From an uncultured Muribaculaceae bacterium (GTDB taxonomy: Bacteria; Bacteroidota; Bacteroidia; Bacteroidales; UBA932), in assembly GCA_964432305.1 (NCBI GenBank), contig CAYSND010000001.1:1-50420 (forward strand): a stretch of 50,420 nucleotides of DNA. The letters are read 5' to 3'. Position numbers and translations under genes: made by a program. The notes below the pieces were generated by a model. That model was not told the origin of the DNA and searched no databases. It was given only the letters and a program-made list of their open reading frames with translations. How positions within the stretch are numbered: position 1 is the stretch's first letter; each line of letters starts with the position of its first letter. Below, in pieces: positions 16,255 to 26,007 of the stretch.

Positions 16255-19053
16255 ATGAAACGAGTCCCCTCTATATTATTAATAGTGGCTACGCTTTTGC
16301 TTAGCATAAACCTTAATGGACAGACGCTAACTCATTTATGGTCAGGTCTTACAGAGAGACAGGCGGTAATGCCTAAGGGGAATGCCCCATTTCAAACCCC
16401 TACAAGAGTCCCTTTCAAAATACTCCCTGCTAAACTTATCCCTGACGGGGAAGGGGAGTGGATAATTTCCGAAGGGTGGAGTTTGACAGACAATACCACT
16501 TTTATGGAGAGAATGTTAGGAAAAAGCAGTGTGGATGTTTCACGTCACTACAATGCTACCGTTCCTGGAACAGTTCTTACCACCTTGGTGGAGCAGGGGG
16601 TCTATCCGGACCCTTATTTTGGTTTAAATAACCTCTCTATTCCCGATTCTCTAAGTCGTCAAAGTTGGTGGTATGAGGTCTCCTTTAAACTCCCCGAAGG
16701 GGTAAAAGGGGAGAGGAAGTATCTCCTTTTCAATGGGATAAATTATCGTTCTGAAATTTACCTGAATGGGAAAAAAGTTGGGGGTACCACCGGGGCTTTT
16801 AAACGCGAACTTATTGATATTACGAATATAGTTTCGGAGAGTTATAATCTTAAAGTACATATTCACCCATTAAATAACCCCGGTATCCCACATGAGCAAT
16901 CTATGTCTGAGGGTCAAGGACTTAACGGGGGGATAACCTCTGCTGATGGTCCTACTTTCATCGCCTCTATGGGGTGGGATTGGATTCCCGGAATCAGAGA
17001 TAGAAATATCGGGATTTGGCAGGATGTTCGTCTTGTAGTGGGAGGGGAAGTGAGGATTGGGGACCCTTTGGTGGTTACTAAACTCCCTCTTCCGGATACC
17101 ACTCGTGCCTCTATAAGGGTCGAGACAATGATTTTCAATGACGGGAACACTCCTGTAGAGGGGGAACTCTCAGCAACAATAAAATTCAATGGGGGAGTGG
17201 TAGTTTCGGATTTAAGAATTCCATATCAGCTTTCAGCGGGGGAGAGTAAAAAACTCCTCTTCACCCCTGAAACCTTCGCAGCACTTAATTTCTCCTCTCC
17301 CCACCTTTGGTGGCCCAATGGTTATGGTGCTCCTAACCTTTATCAGTTGGAGTTGCGCACTCACAACTCCGTTAAAACCATTACCTTCGGTATCAGAGAA
17401 CTCTCTTACGAGTTAATGGTAGACAATTCAGGAAAACAGGAGAGGGTAGCCTACACCCCTGTTCATAGAGAGAGTAGTGAACCACTCTTCGATTATATAA
17501 ATAGAGTCCCTTATACGAAATCCAATAATCTTCCCATCTTTGCAAGCAAAGACCTTTCGGGAGTGGAGTTTTTGGACAATAACGATCCTGTGGGTCCCTA
17601 TCTGGTTCTAAGAGTCAATGGAGTAAGAATTTTCTGCCGTGGTGGAAACTGGGGGATGGATGATGCTATGAAGAGAGTTTCGAGAGAGAGATTAGAGCCT
17701 TATTTCAAGCTCCATAAAGATTTGAATTTCAATATAGTAAGAAACTGGACAGGGGAGTCAACCGAAGAGGTGTTCTATACTCTTGCAGATGAATATGGAA
17801 TGCTTGTTTGGAACGATTTCTGGATTACCACAGATGACACAGTAGAGCCTGCAGATTTCGACCTCTTTATGACTAATGCAAGGGATGTGGTTCTACGTTA
17901 TCGTAATCACCCCTCTATTGTTTTATGGTGCCCTCGTAATGAAGGGTTTGCACCAAAAGCAATGGAGCCAAGACTTGCATCTTTAATTGCAGCGGAAGAC
18001 CCTACACGCCACTATCATGGACAGTCCCGTTTCCTAAATATGGACAGTAGTGGTCCTTGGGGATACTTCGAAGATCCCTCATATTACTATTTAGAGAGGG
18101 CAAAAGGGTTTAATACGGAGATGGGGGCTTATGCTATCCCCACCTCTTCGACTTTAAAGAAGTTTATTGCCCCTGAGGATAGGTGGCCCATTAATGATGT
18201 CTTGGCATATCATGACCTACACCATACTACACAGAATTTTAATGGTTTTATGAAAGCTGTTGAGGCTTACGGGAAACCGATAGGGCTTGAGGATTTCTCT
18301 TCTAAGGCACAGTTCGTCTGTTATGATGCTTGGAGGAGTATGTTAGAGGCTTGGAATAGTAGGATGTGGAATAATACCACAGGGCTTATTCTCTGGATGA
18401 GCCACCCTGCCTGGCCAAGTATGATTTGGCAGACATATACTTATGACTATGAAACTCCCGGCTCTTACTTTGGTTCTAAAAAGGCATGCGAGCCTCTCCA
18501 TATACAAATGAATCTTCCTGATAATAAGATTATTATCGTTAATACGACCAGAAATACTTATAAGAAACTAACAGCCGAGTTTTATATTTATGATGAAAGC
18601 GGAAAGGTTCTCTCCAAACGGGTGGAGAAGAATTATCAGGCTGCCCCAAATACCATTACAGAGTGTTTTATCCCCGATATGACAGGTACGCTCCCAGATA
18701 ACTATATTATTCGTCTTCTTCTGAAAGACTCTTCAGGGAAAACACTCTCTACAAATGATTACATAAAGGGGTTTAAATCCTCCTTTAATGGGTCTGCCGA
18801 GGTGTTGTATAAAGTTAAAAAAACAGCTAAGGGACTCTTTGTGGAGTTGAAAAACACCTCTAAGCTAGTAGCATTGGGGATTAAGTTGAACTTAACAGAT
18901 TCTCAGAGTGGAGAGCATCTGCTTCCCACTCTCTTCTCGGACGGATACTTTAATCTTCTACCGTCAGAGAGTAGGTCTATACAGATTTTAGAGAGAGATA
19001 ACATCCCTTCTGGAGGGGTGATAACCATTGATTATTATAATATTAAAAAATAA
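16255..19053 (+). CDS. GH2 glycosidase of the beta-mannosidase / exo-beta-glucosaminidase clade
   Basis: 932 aa with a signal peptide. Shows the GH2 sugar-binding region, a TIM-barrel with the acid/base context VLWCPRNEG and a candidate nucleophile FNTEMGAY. The C-terminal SDGYFNLLPSES resembles the mannosidase Ig/CBM-like end. Confidence 0.75.
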   Translation: MKRVPSILLIVATLLLSINLNGQTLTHLWSGLTERQAVMPKGNAPFQTPTRVPFKILPAKLIPDGEGEWIISEGWSLTDNTTFMERMLGKSSVDVSRHYNATVPGTVLTTLVEQGVYPDPYFGLNNLSIPDSLSRQSWWYEVSFKLPEGVKGERKYLLFNGINYRSEIYLNGKKVGGTTGAFKRELIDITNIVSESYNLKVHIHPLNNPGIPHEQSMSEGQGLNGGITSADGPTFIASMGWDWIPGIRDRNIGIWQDVRLVVGGEVRIGDPLVVTKLPLPDTTRASIRVETMIFNDGNTPVEGELSATIKFNGGVVVSDLRIPYQLSAGESKKLLFTPETFAALNFSSPHLWWPNGYGAPNLYQLELRTHNSVKTITFGIRELSYELMVDNSGKQERVAYTPVHRESSEPLFDYINRVPYTKSNNLPIFASKDLSGVEFLDNNDPVGPYLVLRVNGVRIFCRGGNWGMDDAMKRVSRERLEPYFKLHKDLNFNIVRNWTGESTEEVFYTLADEYGMLVWNDFWITTDDTVEPADFDLFMTNARDVVLRYRNHPSIVLWCPRNEGFAPKAMEPRLASLIAAEDPTRHYHGQSRFLNMDSSGPWGYFEDPSYYYLERAKGFNTEMGAYAIPTSSTLKKFIAPEDRWPINDVLAYHDLHHTTQNFNGFMKAVEAYGKPIGLEDFSSKAQFVCYDAWRSMLEAWNSRMWNNTTGLILWMSHPAWPSMIWQTYTYDYETPGSYFGSKKACEPLHIQMNLPDNKIIIVNTTRNTYKKLTAEFYIYDESGKVLSKRVEKNYQAAPNTITECFIPDMTGTLPDNYIIRLLLKDSSGKTLSTNDYIKGFKSSFNGSAEVLYKVKKTAKGLFVELKNTSKLVALGIKLNLTDSQSGEHLLPTLFSDGYFNLLPSESRSIQILERDNIPSGGVITIDYYNIKK

Positions 19054-19058
19054 AATAT

Positions 19059-21413
19059 ATGAAAAGAACATTTCTAACAGGTTTAGTAACCGCTATCGCA
19101 ATTATCCTATTAGGCTCTTGTACAGCCAAAAAAGAGGTTTACAATGAGGGGATCAATATAATCCCTACTCCACTATCAATGACCGTACTTGAAGGAGACG
19201 GTTTTATTCTTGGAAAAACCATAGAGATAACTGTTAACTCTAAGGAGGCTTTACAGGTAGCATATTTCTTTGAGTCAAAACTCAAACTCTCCACAGGTGC
19301 AAAGATTAAAGTGGAGATGAGAGAGACACCCGGAAATATTAATCTCTTTTTGGATGAGAATTTTGACTCCAAAGGGGAGGGGTACTCATTGAAAGTAACA
19401 GCAGAGGGGGTAAATGTGACAGCGAAGGCTCCTGCCGGTCTTTTTTATGGAATGCAGACTCTGCTTCAACTTTTACCTGCCGAGGTGGAGAGTGCGAAGA
19501 GAGTTTCAGGTATTGAGTGGAAGGCTCCGGCAGTAGAGATAAAAGATGAACCTCGTTTTGGGTATAGAGGAGTTCTATTGGATGTATGCCGCCATTTTGC
19601 ACCTGTTGACTTTATAAAGAAGCAGTTGGATGTAATGGCTCTTTTCAAAATTAACAGATTCCATTGGCACCTAACTGAAGATCAGGCTTGGCGCGTGGAG
19701 ATAAAGCAGTACCCTCTATTAACAGAGATAGGGTCAAAAAGAGTTGAAGGAGAGGGATTTGAGCACTCAGGTTTTTATACCCAGGAGGAGATAAAAGAGA
19801 TAGTAGCTTATGCTGCAGAGCGTCAGATAACCATTGTTCCAGAATTAGAGGTTCCCGGGCATGAATTAGCAGCTATTGCTGCATACCCTGAGCTCTCTTG
19901 TAAAGGGGAACCGATCACTCCGAGGATTGTTTGGGGTGTGGAGGATATTGTTATGTGTCCCGGGAAAGAGGACATGTTTGTTTTCCTTGAGAATGTTATT
20001 AGCGAACTGGCTCCTCTATTCCCCGGTGAGTATTTCCATATTGGTGGAGATGAGTGCCCTAAGAGTAGTTGGAAAGAGTGTCCTCTCTGTCAGGCTAAGA
20101 TTAAAAAAGAGGGATTTAAGAGCAATAAAAATCATACTGCCGAGGAGTATCTTCAGAGTTATGTAATTAGAAGGGTTGAGGCTATGCTTGCAAAGTATGG
20201 AAAAAAGATTATCGGATGGGATGAGATTCTTGAAGGGGGACTTGCTCCCACTGCCACTGTTATGTCATGGAGAGGTGAAGAGGGGGGTATTGCGGCAGCA
20301 AACGAAGGGCATGATGCTATTATGACTCCCGGAAGTCAAGGGATGTATATAGACCATTATCAGGGTGACAGCAAGATAGAGCCGGTAGCCATCGGTGGAT
20401 ATTCCACTCTTGAAAAAGTATATAGTTATGATCCTGTTCCTCAGTCGCTTATAGAGTCAGGAAAAGCTCATCATATAATCGGTGTTCAGAATAATCTTTG
20501 GGCAGAATATCTTTATACCACAGACCTTGTGGAGTATAGATTATGGCCAAGAGCCATTGCCCTTTCAGAAATAGCTTGGAGCGTTCCTGAAAATAAGAAC
20601 TTCGGAGATTTTTCCAGAAGGATAGAAAATGCGCTTGTACGTCTTGATAATCATAATATTAATTATCATATCCCTCTACCTGAGCAGCCTAATGGCTCAT
20701 GTGACTATGTTGCTTTCACTGATAAAGCTACCCTTGAGTTTACCACCACTCGTCCTATGAGGATTATTTATACCCTTAACGGAGTGATTCCTGCTGATAA
20801 TTCGGCTACTTATACTGAGCCGATTACCATCGACAAGACTACTACTCTGAAGATTTGTACTATTCTTCCATCAGGGAAGAAATCACCCGTCCGCACCATT
20901 ACCGTTGAGAAGCAGACACTTGCACCTGCACTTACTGTGGAGGCGCCTAAATCAGGAATTCTTATGAAGAGTACCCCCGGTTACTATCTTAATGTGGATG
21001 AGTTAAATAAGAGTGAAAGGGAGTGGAGCGAAGAGTCTGTTGTATCTGATTTCTTTGCACTTAGAGCACTTTATCCCTCTAATGAATCTGTAAGAAATTT
21101 CCCTCATTATGCTGCGATAGGGAGAGGGCTTGTAAATATACCTGAGGATGGAGTCTATTATTTCTCTTCTAATAATGACGAGGTATGGATAGATGGGGAG
21201 CTACTAATTAATAATAGAAATGAGGTTAAGAAGTTTTCTCGTAACGACAAGTCTGTAGCTCTTGCTGCAGGAATGCATGAAATCAAAGTGGTATTTCTAT
21301 CTCATATCATTGGTGGAGTCCCCTCTGTTTGGGATGCTGCGGATGTTAAAATTAGAAAAGAGGGTAATAATAGTTTTGAAAAAATAACTGCTGAAATGCT
21401 ATTTCATCAATAA
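19059..21413 (+). CDS. GH20 beta-N-acetylhexosaminidase lipoprotein with C-terminal CHB_HEX_C-like and PA14-like domains
   Basis: 784 aa. Lipobox LLGSC. GH20 motifs RGVLLDVCRHF, NRFHWHLTEDQAWR, YFHIGGDE and VMSWRG. C-terminal PA14-like segment GLVNIPEDGVYYFSSNNDEVWIDGELLINN...AGMHEIKVVF. Confidence 0.9.
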   Translation: MKRTFLTGLVTAIAIILLGSCTAKKEVYNEGINIIPTPLSMTVLEGDGFILGKTIEITVNSKEALQVAYFFESKLKLSTGAKIKVEMRETPGNINLFLDENFDSKGEGYSLKVTAEGVNVTAKAPAGLFYGMQTLLQLLPAEVESAKRVSGIEWKAPAVEIKDEPRFGYRGVLLDVCRHFAPVDFIKKQLDVMALFKINRFHWHLTEDQAWRVEIKQYPLLTEIGSKRVEGEGFEHSGFYTQEEIKEIVAYAAERQITIVPELEVPGHELAAIAAYPELSCKGEPITPRIVWGVEDIVMCPGKEDMFVFLENVISELAPLFPGEYFHIGGDECPKSSWKECPLCQAKIKKEGFKSNKNHTAEEYLQSYVIRRVEAMLAKYGKKIIGWDEILEGGLAPTATVMSWRGEEGGIAAANEGHDAIMTPGSQGMYIDHYQGDSKIEPVAIGGYSTLEKVYSYDPVPQSLIESGKAHHIIGVQNNLWAEYLYTTDLVEYRLWPRAIALSEIAWSVPENKNFGDFSRRIENALVRLDNHNINYHIPLPEQPNGSCDYVAFTDKATLEFTTTRPMRIIYTLNGVIPADNSATYTEPITIDKTTTLKICTILPSGKKSPVRTITVEKQTLAPALTVEAPKSGILMKSTPGYYLNVDELNKSEREWSEESVVSDFFALRALYPSNESVRNFPHYAAIGRGLVNIPEDGVYYFSSNNDEVWIDGELLINNRNEVKKFSRNDKSVALAAGMHEIKVVFLSHIIGGVPSVWDAADVKIRKEGNNSFEKITAEMLFHQ

Positions 21414-21424
21414 TTATAAGAGAT

Positions 21425-24400
21425 ATGATAAAATTTCTTCTACTCCTGCCATTAGTCTTAACTCCGTATTGGAAAGACGTATCGGTATATAAAGTTAATC
21501 GTGAAGATTATCGTACAGAGTTTATCTCATTTAACTCAAAAGAAGAGGCTCTTTCCAAGAAGTTCGAGGAGTCCCCTTACTACTACTCTCTTAACGGTGT
21601 ATGGAAGTTTCTCTACTCAGACGATTATAGAGAGATCCCTGAAGGGGTTCAGAATATGGACAATGTCTCTTCCTGGGATGATATTACAGTCCCCGGAAAT
21701 TGGGAGAGACAAGGGTATGGGGTGGCTATCTATGTAAATCACCCTTATGAATTTCAAACAAAGAATCCAACCCCCCCTCTATTACCGGAGAAGAACCCTA
21801 TGGGGGTATATCATAGAACCTTTGACCTCCCTTCAGGTTGGGGTGATAGAGAGATTCTCTTAAATATATGTGGTGCCAAATCAGGAGTTTATGTTTATTT
21901 GAACGGAGAGGAGATAGGGTATTCTACTAATTCAAAAGATAGGGCAGAGTTCAGACTTACAGGGGTGCAGAGAGATGGGAAACCTCTTCTTAAAGAGAAG
22001 GGTAATGTCCTTGTTTTTAAGATTATGCGTTGGAGTAGTGGCTCTTGGCTCGAGTGTCAGGACTTTTGGAGAATAAGTGGTATTGAGAGGGATGTTTACC
22101 TTTCATCTGAGCCAAAAGCTTTTGTGAAAGATTTTTCGGTAGTCTCAAAACTTGATAAGGGGTTGAAGGATGGATACTTTGCATTGGATCTATCCCTTTC
22201 CAACCCTTCCGAGAAGGAGATAACAGTCGGGTATGAACTATTGGATGCACAAGGGAGTGTAGTGGCTTCCGAGAGTTCAAAGAGTTCCGGTGCTGAAATT
22301 TGTTTTTCTAAAACCCTCCCCGATGTGGAGAAATGGAGCGCAGAATCCCCGTATCTATATAGACTTCTAATCTCGGTTAGCTCAGATGGTAAGGTGGAGT
22401 ATATCCCTTTCAGAGTCGGTTTCAGAAGGTTTGAAATAGTAGGTTCCCTCTTTTTGGTAAATGGTGAGCCTATTAAGTTTAAGGGGGTTAATATCCATGA
22501 ACACAACGAAGTAACCGGTCACTATGTTACCGAGGAGTTAATGAGGAAAGATTTCGAGATAATGCGAAAGAACAATATCAATGCTGTTCGTACCGCACAC
22601 TACCCTCAGCCAAGGAGATTTTATGAATTATGTGATGAGATAGGGATTTATGTCTATACAGAGGCTAATATTGAGTCGCATGGTATGGGGTATAACCTCA
22701 ATCGTGGACGTTCTCTTGGAAATAACAGGGATTTTTGGGGCCTCCATTTGGATAGAATAGAGGGGATGTATAAAAGGACAGCCAATTACCCTTCCGTAGC
22801 TATTTTATCACTTGGGAATGAGGCAGGGAACGGATATAATTTCTATAAAGCTTATGAGTGGATTGAGAGACTTGAGAAGGGGGAGAATAAGATGAACAGA
22901 CCTATCTGCTATGAGAGGGCATTATGGGAGTGGAATAGCGATATGTATGTTCCCCAATACCCCGATGCCGAATGGTTCCAGAAAATAGGGGAGTCAGGAA
23001 GCGACCGCCCTATCATGCCATCAGAATATTCACACTCTATGGGTAACTCCACAGGTGGTATATGGAGACAGTGGTACTATATATATCAGTATCCTCATCT
23101 TCAAGGTGCATTTATTTGGGACTGGGTCGATCAGGGGCTGTTAGAGCACGATGCAGAAGGGAGAAAATATTGGACTTTCGGTGGTGATTATGGTGTTAAT
23201 ACGCCGAGTGACGGGAATTTCTGCTGTAATGGTTTAATAAACCCTAATCGTCAACCTCACCCCGCAATAGATGAGGTTAAATATGCTTATTCTAATTTTG
23301 CTGTCAAAGAGATAGATATACAGAGGGGAATTTTTGAGGTTGCTAATAGATTTTATTTCACAGACTTATCTAAATATGAGCTCCTCTATAATATTTTAGA
23401 AGAGGGGAAAGTGATAAAGAAGGGGAGCCTTAACCTGACCACTCCTCCTCAAAAGTCAGAGCAGATTACCATCCCTCTCGATAAAATATCTATGAAAGAG
23501 GGGTATTATTATCTTATTAATTTCTCCCTTGTTACTAAGAGTGAGGAGAGATATATCCCTGCTAAATATAGTATAGCAAAGGAGCAGTTTATTCTTAAAG
23601 CCCCTGCTAAAACTATAAACAAAATAGCAACAAAGGGGGCACCACTCTCTCTCTCTGAAGATCCCTCCAAAGTTACTATCTCCTCAAAGAGTGTGAGCTT
23701 GCTCCTTAATAAAGTTTCAGGCGAAGTTATCTCATTGAAATATAAAGGGAAGGAAATTTTCACAGATAATTTCGGTATAAGACCAAATTTCTGGAGGGCT
23801 CCTGTGGATAATGATTACGGAAGTAATATGCCTGTTAGGCTTGCTATATGGAAAAATGCCCCTACAGTTTCTGAAGTAACTGCCCGTATGCAAGATGGAA
23901 ACGGAGTAATAAATGTTAAATACAGACTTGCCCCGGGTAATACTCTCGAGTTGGTTTATACACTCTACCCCTCAGGTGAACTCCATACTGCACTTAATTA
24001 CTCTGCAGCACCCGAAGGGACACCTGAGATTCCAAGATTAGGTGTAAGATTCAGACTCCCTAAGAGCAATAATATGTTTACCTACTTCGGAAGAGGTCCT
24101 CACGAGAACTATGTTGATAGAAAGGCAGGTTCTATGATGGGGCTCTATGCGTTAAATACTGATATTTCATATTTCCCTTATGTCCGTCCTCAGGAGAATG
24201 GGCACAGATGTGATACTAAATGGTTGTCTTTCAATGGATTCAGGATAATTGCCGACGACCTTTTAGAGTTTAATGTTCTACATAATAGTGTCGAGGATTT
24301 CGACAGGGGTAAACAGAGTCATATTAATGACATAATTCCTCAGAATTTTGTTGAGGTTTCTCTCGATTTTAAACATATGGGAATCGGAGGTTTTGATAGT

Positions 24401-24478
24401 TGGGGGAGCAGACCTGAGGATTATGCACTTGTGGATGCTAAAGGAACTTATAGTTGGGGATTTTCGATAGTACCTTAA
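21425..24478 (+). CDS. GH2 beta-galactosidase (LacZ-like)
   Basis: 1017 aa. Acid/base SLGNEAGNG, nucleophile region PSEYSHSMGNS (E. coli has CEYAHAMGNS) and a C-terminal small-chain domain (RPQENGHR). Confidence 0.9.
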   Translation: MIKFLLLLPLVLTPYWKDVSVYKVNREDYRTEFISFNSKEEALSKKFEESPYYYSLNGVWKFLYSDDYREIPEGVQNMDNVSSWDDITVPGNWERQGYGVAIYVNHPYEFQTKNPTPPLLPEKNPMGVYHRTFDLPSGWGDREILLNICGAKSGVYVYLNGEEIGYSTNSKDRAEFRLTGVQRDGKPLLKEKGNVLVFKIMRWSSGSWLECQDFWRISGIERDVYLSSEPKAFVKDFSVVSKLDKGLKDGYFALDLSLSNPSEKEITVGYELLDAQGSVVASESSKSSGAEICFSKTLPDVEKWSAESPYLYRLLISVSSDGKVEYIPFRVGFRRFEIVGSLFLVNGEPIKFKGVNIHEHNEVTGHYVTEELMRKDFEIMRKNNINAVRTAHYPQPRRFYELCDEIGIYVYTEANIESHGMGYNLNRGRSLGNNRDFWGLHLDRIEGMYKRTANYPSVAILSLGNEAGNGYNFYKAYEWIERLEKGENKMNRPICYERALWEWNSDMYVPQYPDAEWFQKIGESGSDRPIMPSEYSHSMGNSTGGIWRQWYYIYQYPHLQGAFIWDWVDQGLLEHDAEGRKYWTFGGDYGVNTPSDGNFCCNGLINPNRQPHPAIDEVKYAYSNFAVKEIDIQRGIFEVANRFYFTDLSKYELLYNILEEGKVIKKGSLNLTTPPQKSEQITIPLDKISMKEGYYYLINFSLVTKSEERYIPAKYSIAKEQFILKAPAKTINKIATKGAPLSLSEDPSKVTISSKSVSLLLNKVSGEVISLKYKGKEIFTDNFGIRPNFWRAPVDNDYGSNMPVRLAIWKNAPTVSEVTARMQDGNGVINVKYRLAPGNTLELVYTLYPSGELHTALNYSAAPEGTPEIPRLGVRFRLPKSNNMFTYFGRGPHENYVDRKAGSMMGLYALNTDISYFPYVRPQENGHRCDTKWLSFNGFRIIADDLLEFNVLHNSVEDFDRGKQSHINDIIPQNFVEVSLDFKHMGIGGFDSWGSRPEDYALVDAKGTYSWGFSIVP

Positions 24479-24488
24479 TTTAAGTATA

Positions 24489-25985
24489 ATGGAGAGAAGA
24501 AAATTGGTTTTTGGGGTAACAGGAACGGTTATCGGCTCAGTAATACTTGGAGCCAACTGTTCCCCTGCGCCCCAAAAGAGTAAAAAGCCTAATGTTATCT
24601 ACATTCTTGCCGATGATCTTGGCTATGGAGACCTTGCTTGTTATGGACAACAAAAAATCGAGACCCCTAATATAGACGCTCTCGCTTCTAAAGGGATTCG
24701 TTTTACTCAGCACTATTCAGGTACTGCTGTCTCTGCTCCATCCAGATGCGTTTTGCTAACAGGGCTCCACACAGGTCACTCGCAGATTAATAACAATGAC
24801 GAGATGGCAAGTCGTGGTAATGTTTGGAGTCATAGTGCAATGCTTGCAGACTCCACACTTGAAGGGCAACGTCCTTTGAAAGAGGGGACCATAACACTTG
24901 CCACCAAGATGAAAGAGGCAGGACTTGTTACTGCCTGCGTAGGGAAGTGGGGGTTGGGCTACCCCGGCTCCGAAGGGACTCCGAATAAGATGGGATTCGA
25001 TTTTTTCTATGGGTATAACTGCCAGAGGCAGGCTCATACTTACTTTCCCCCTTTCGTCTATCGCAATGAGAGGAGGGAGTATCTAAACAATGAGTTTCGT
25101 CCTCCGCATGCCTCTCCCTTAGATAAAGGGGCAGACCCTTATTTAGAGAGAAGTTATGAAAAATATTGGCAGAAGGAGTATGTTCCGGATCTCTCTTTTA
25201 ATGAGATAAGGTCATTTATTAATAATAATAGGGATACCTCTTTCTTCCTTATGTGGACTACCACCATTCCGCATGTTCCGCTTCAAGCACCTAAAAGATG
25301 GGTTGATTATTATGTTAAGAAATTCGGTGATGAAAAGCCATATACTGGGGGGGAATATTTCCCCTGTAGATATCCACATGCTACTTATGCTGCTATGATT
25401 AGTTATTTCGATGAGCAGGTGGGACTATTGGTGGAGCAGTTAAAAGAGCTTGGAATTTACGATAATACTGTGATTATATTTACAAGTGACAATGGTCCTT
25501 CAATGGCTACAGGAGGGGCAGACTCCCCTTGGTTTAATAGTGCAGCCCCTTTTAGCAGTGAGAATGGGAGGGTAAAAGCCTCTTTACGTGAAGGTGGTAT
25601 CAGGGTTCCTATGGTTATTACATGGGGCGAGAAGATAAAGAGAGCTAGAGAGTCGGATCATATTTCAGCTTTCTGGGATGTTATGCCTACTCTTTGTGAA
25701 TTAGAAGGGGTAAAGGCTCCTGCTGAAACCGATGGAATCTCTTTTCTCCCAACGCTTCTCGGTAAAAAACAGAAGAAGCATGAATATCTTTATTGGGAGT
25801 TTCCGGCAGGGAGTGGCTCTAAAGCTCTTAGAATGGGGGATTGGAAAGGTTATATAGAGAATACAAATAAAGGAAACACCTTAATAGAACTCTATGACTT
25901 GAAAAAAGACCCATTAGAGAAAAATGATGTAGCAGCTCTAAATAAAGATGTGGTGAAAAAGATGAACGAGATAATGAATAAGTAA
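24489..25985 (+). CDS. Formylglycine-dependent sulfatase (Ser-type)
   Basis: 498 aa. Contains PNVIYILADDLGYGDL and the signature S-A-P-S-R-CVLLTG, encoded at 24732-24746. N-terminus MERRKLVF...LGANC (RR motif plus lipobox-like Cys). Confidence 0.9.
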   Translation: MERRKLVFGVTGTVIGSVILGANCSPAPQKSKKPNVIYILADDLGYGDLACYGQQKIETPNIDALASKGIRFTQHYSGTAVSAPSRCVLLTGLHTGHSQINNNDEMASRGNVWSHSAMLADSTLEGQRPLKEGTITLATKMKEAGLVTACVGKWGLGYPGSEGTPNKMGFDFFYGYNCQRQAHTYFPPFVYRNERREYLNNEFRPPHASPLDKGADPYLERSYEKYWQKEYVPDLSFNEIRSFINNNRDTSFFLMWTTTIPHVPLQAPKRWVDYYVKKFGDEKPYTGGEYFPCRYPHATYAAMISYFDEQVGLLVEQLKELGIYDNTVIIFTSDNGPSMATGGADSPWFNSAAPFSSENGRVKASLREGGIRVPMVITWGEKIKRARESDHISAFWDVMPTLCELEGVKAPAETDGISFLPTLLGKKQKKHEYLYWEFPAGSGSKALRMGDWKGYIENTNKGNTLIELYDLKKDPLEKNDVAALNKDVVKKMNEIMNK

Positions 25986-26007
25986 GATATTTGATAAACA
26001 ATATATT

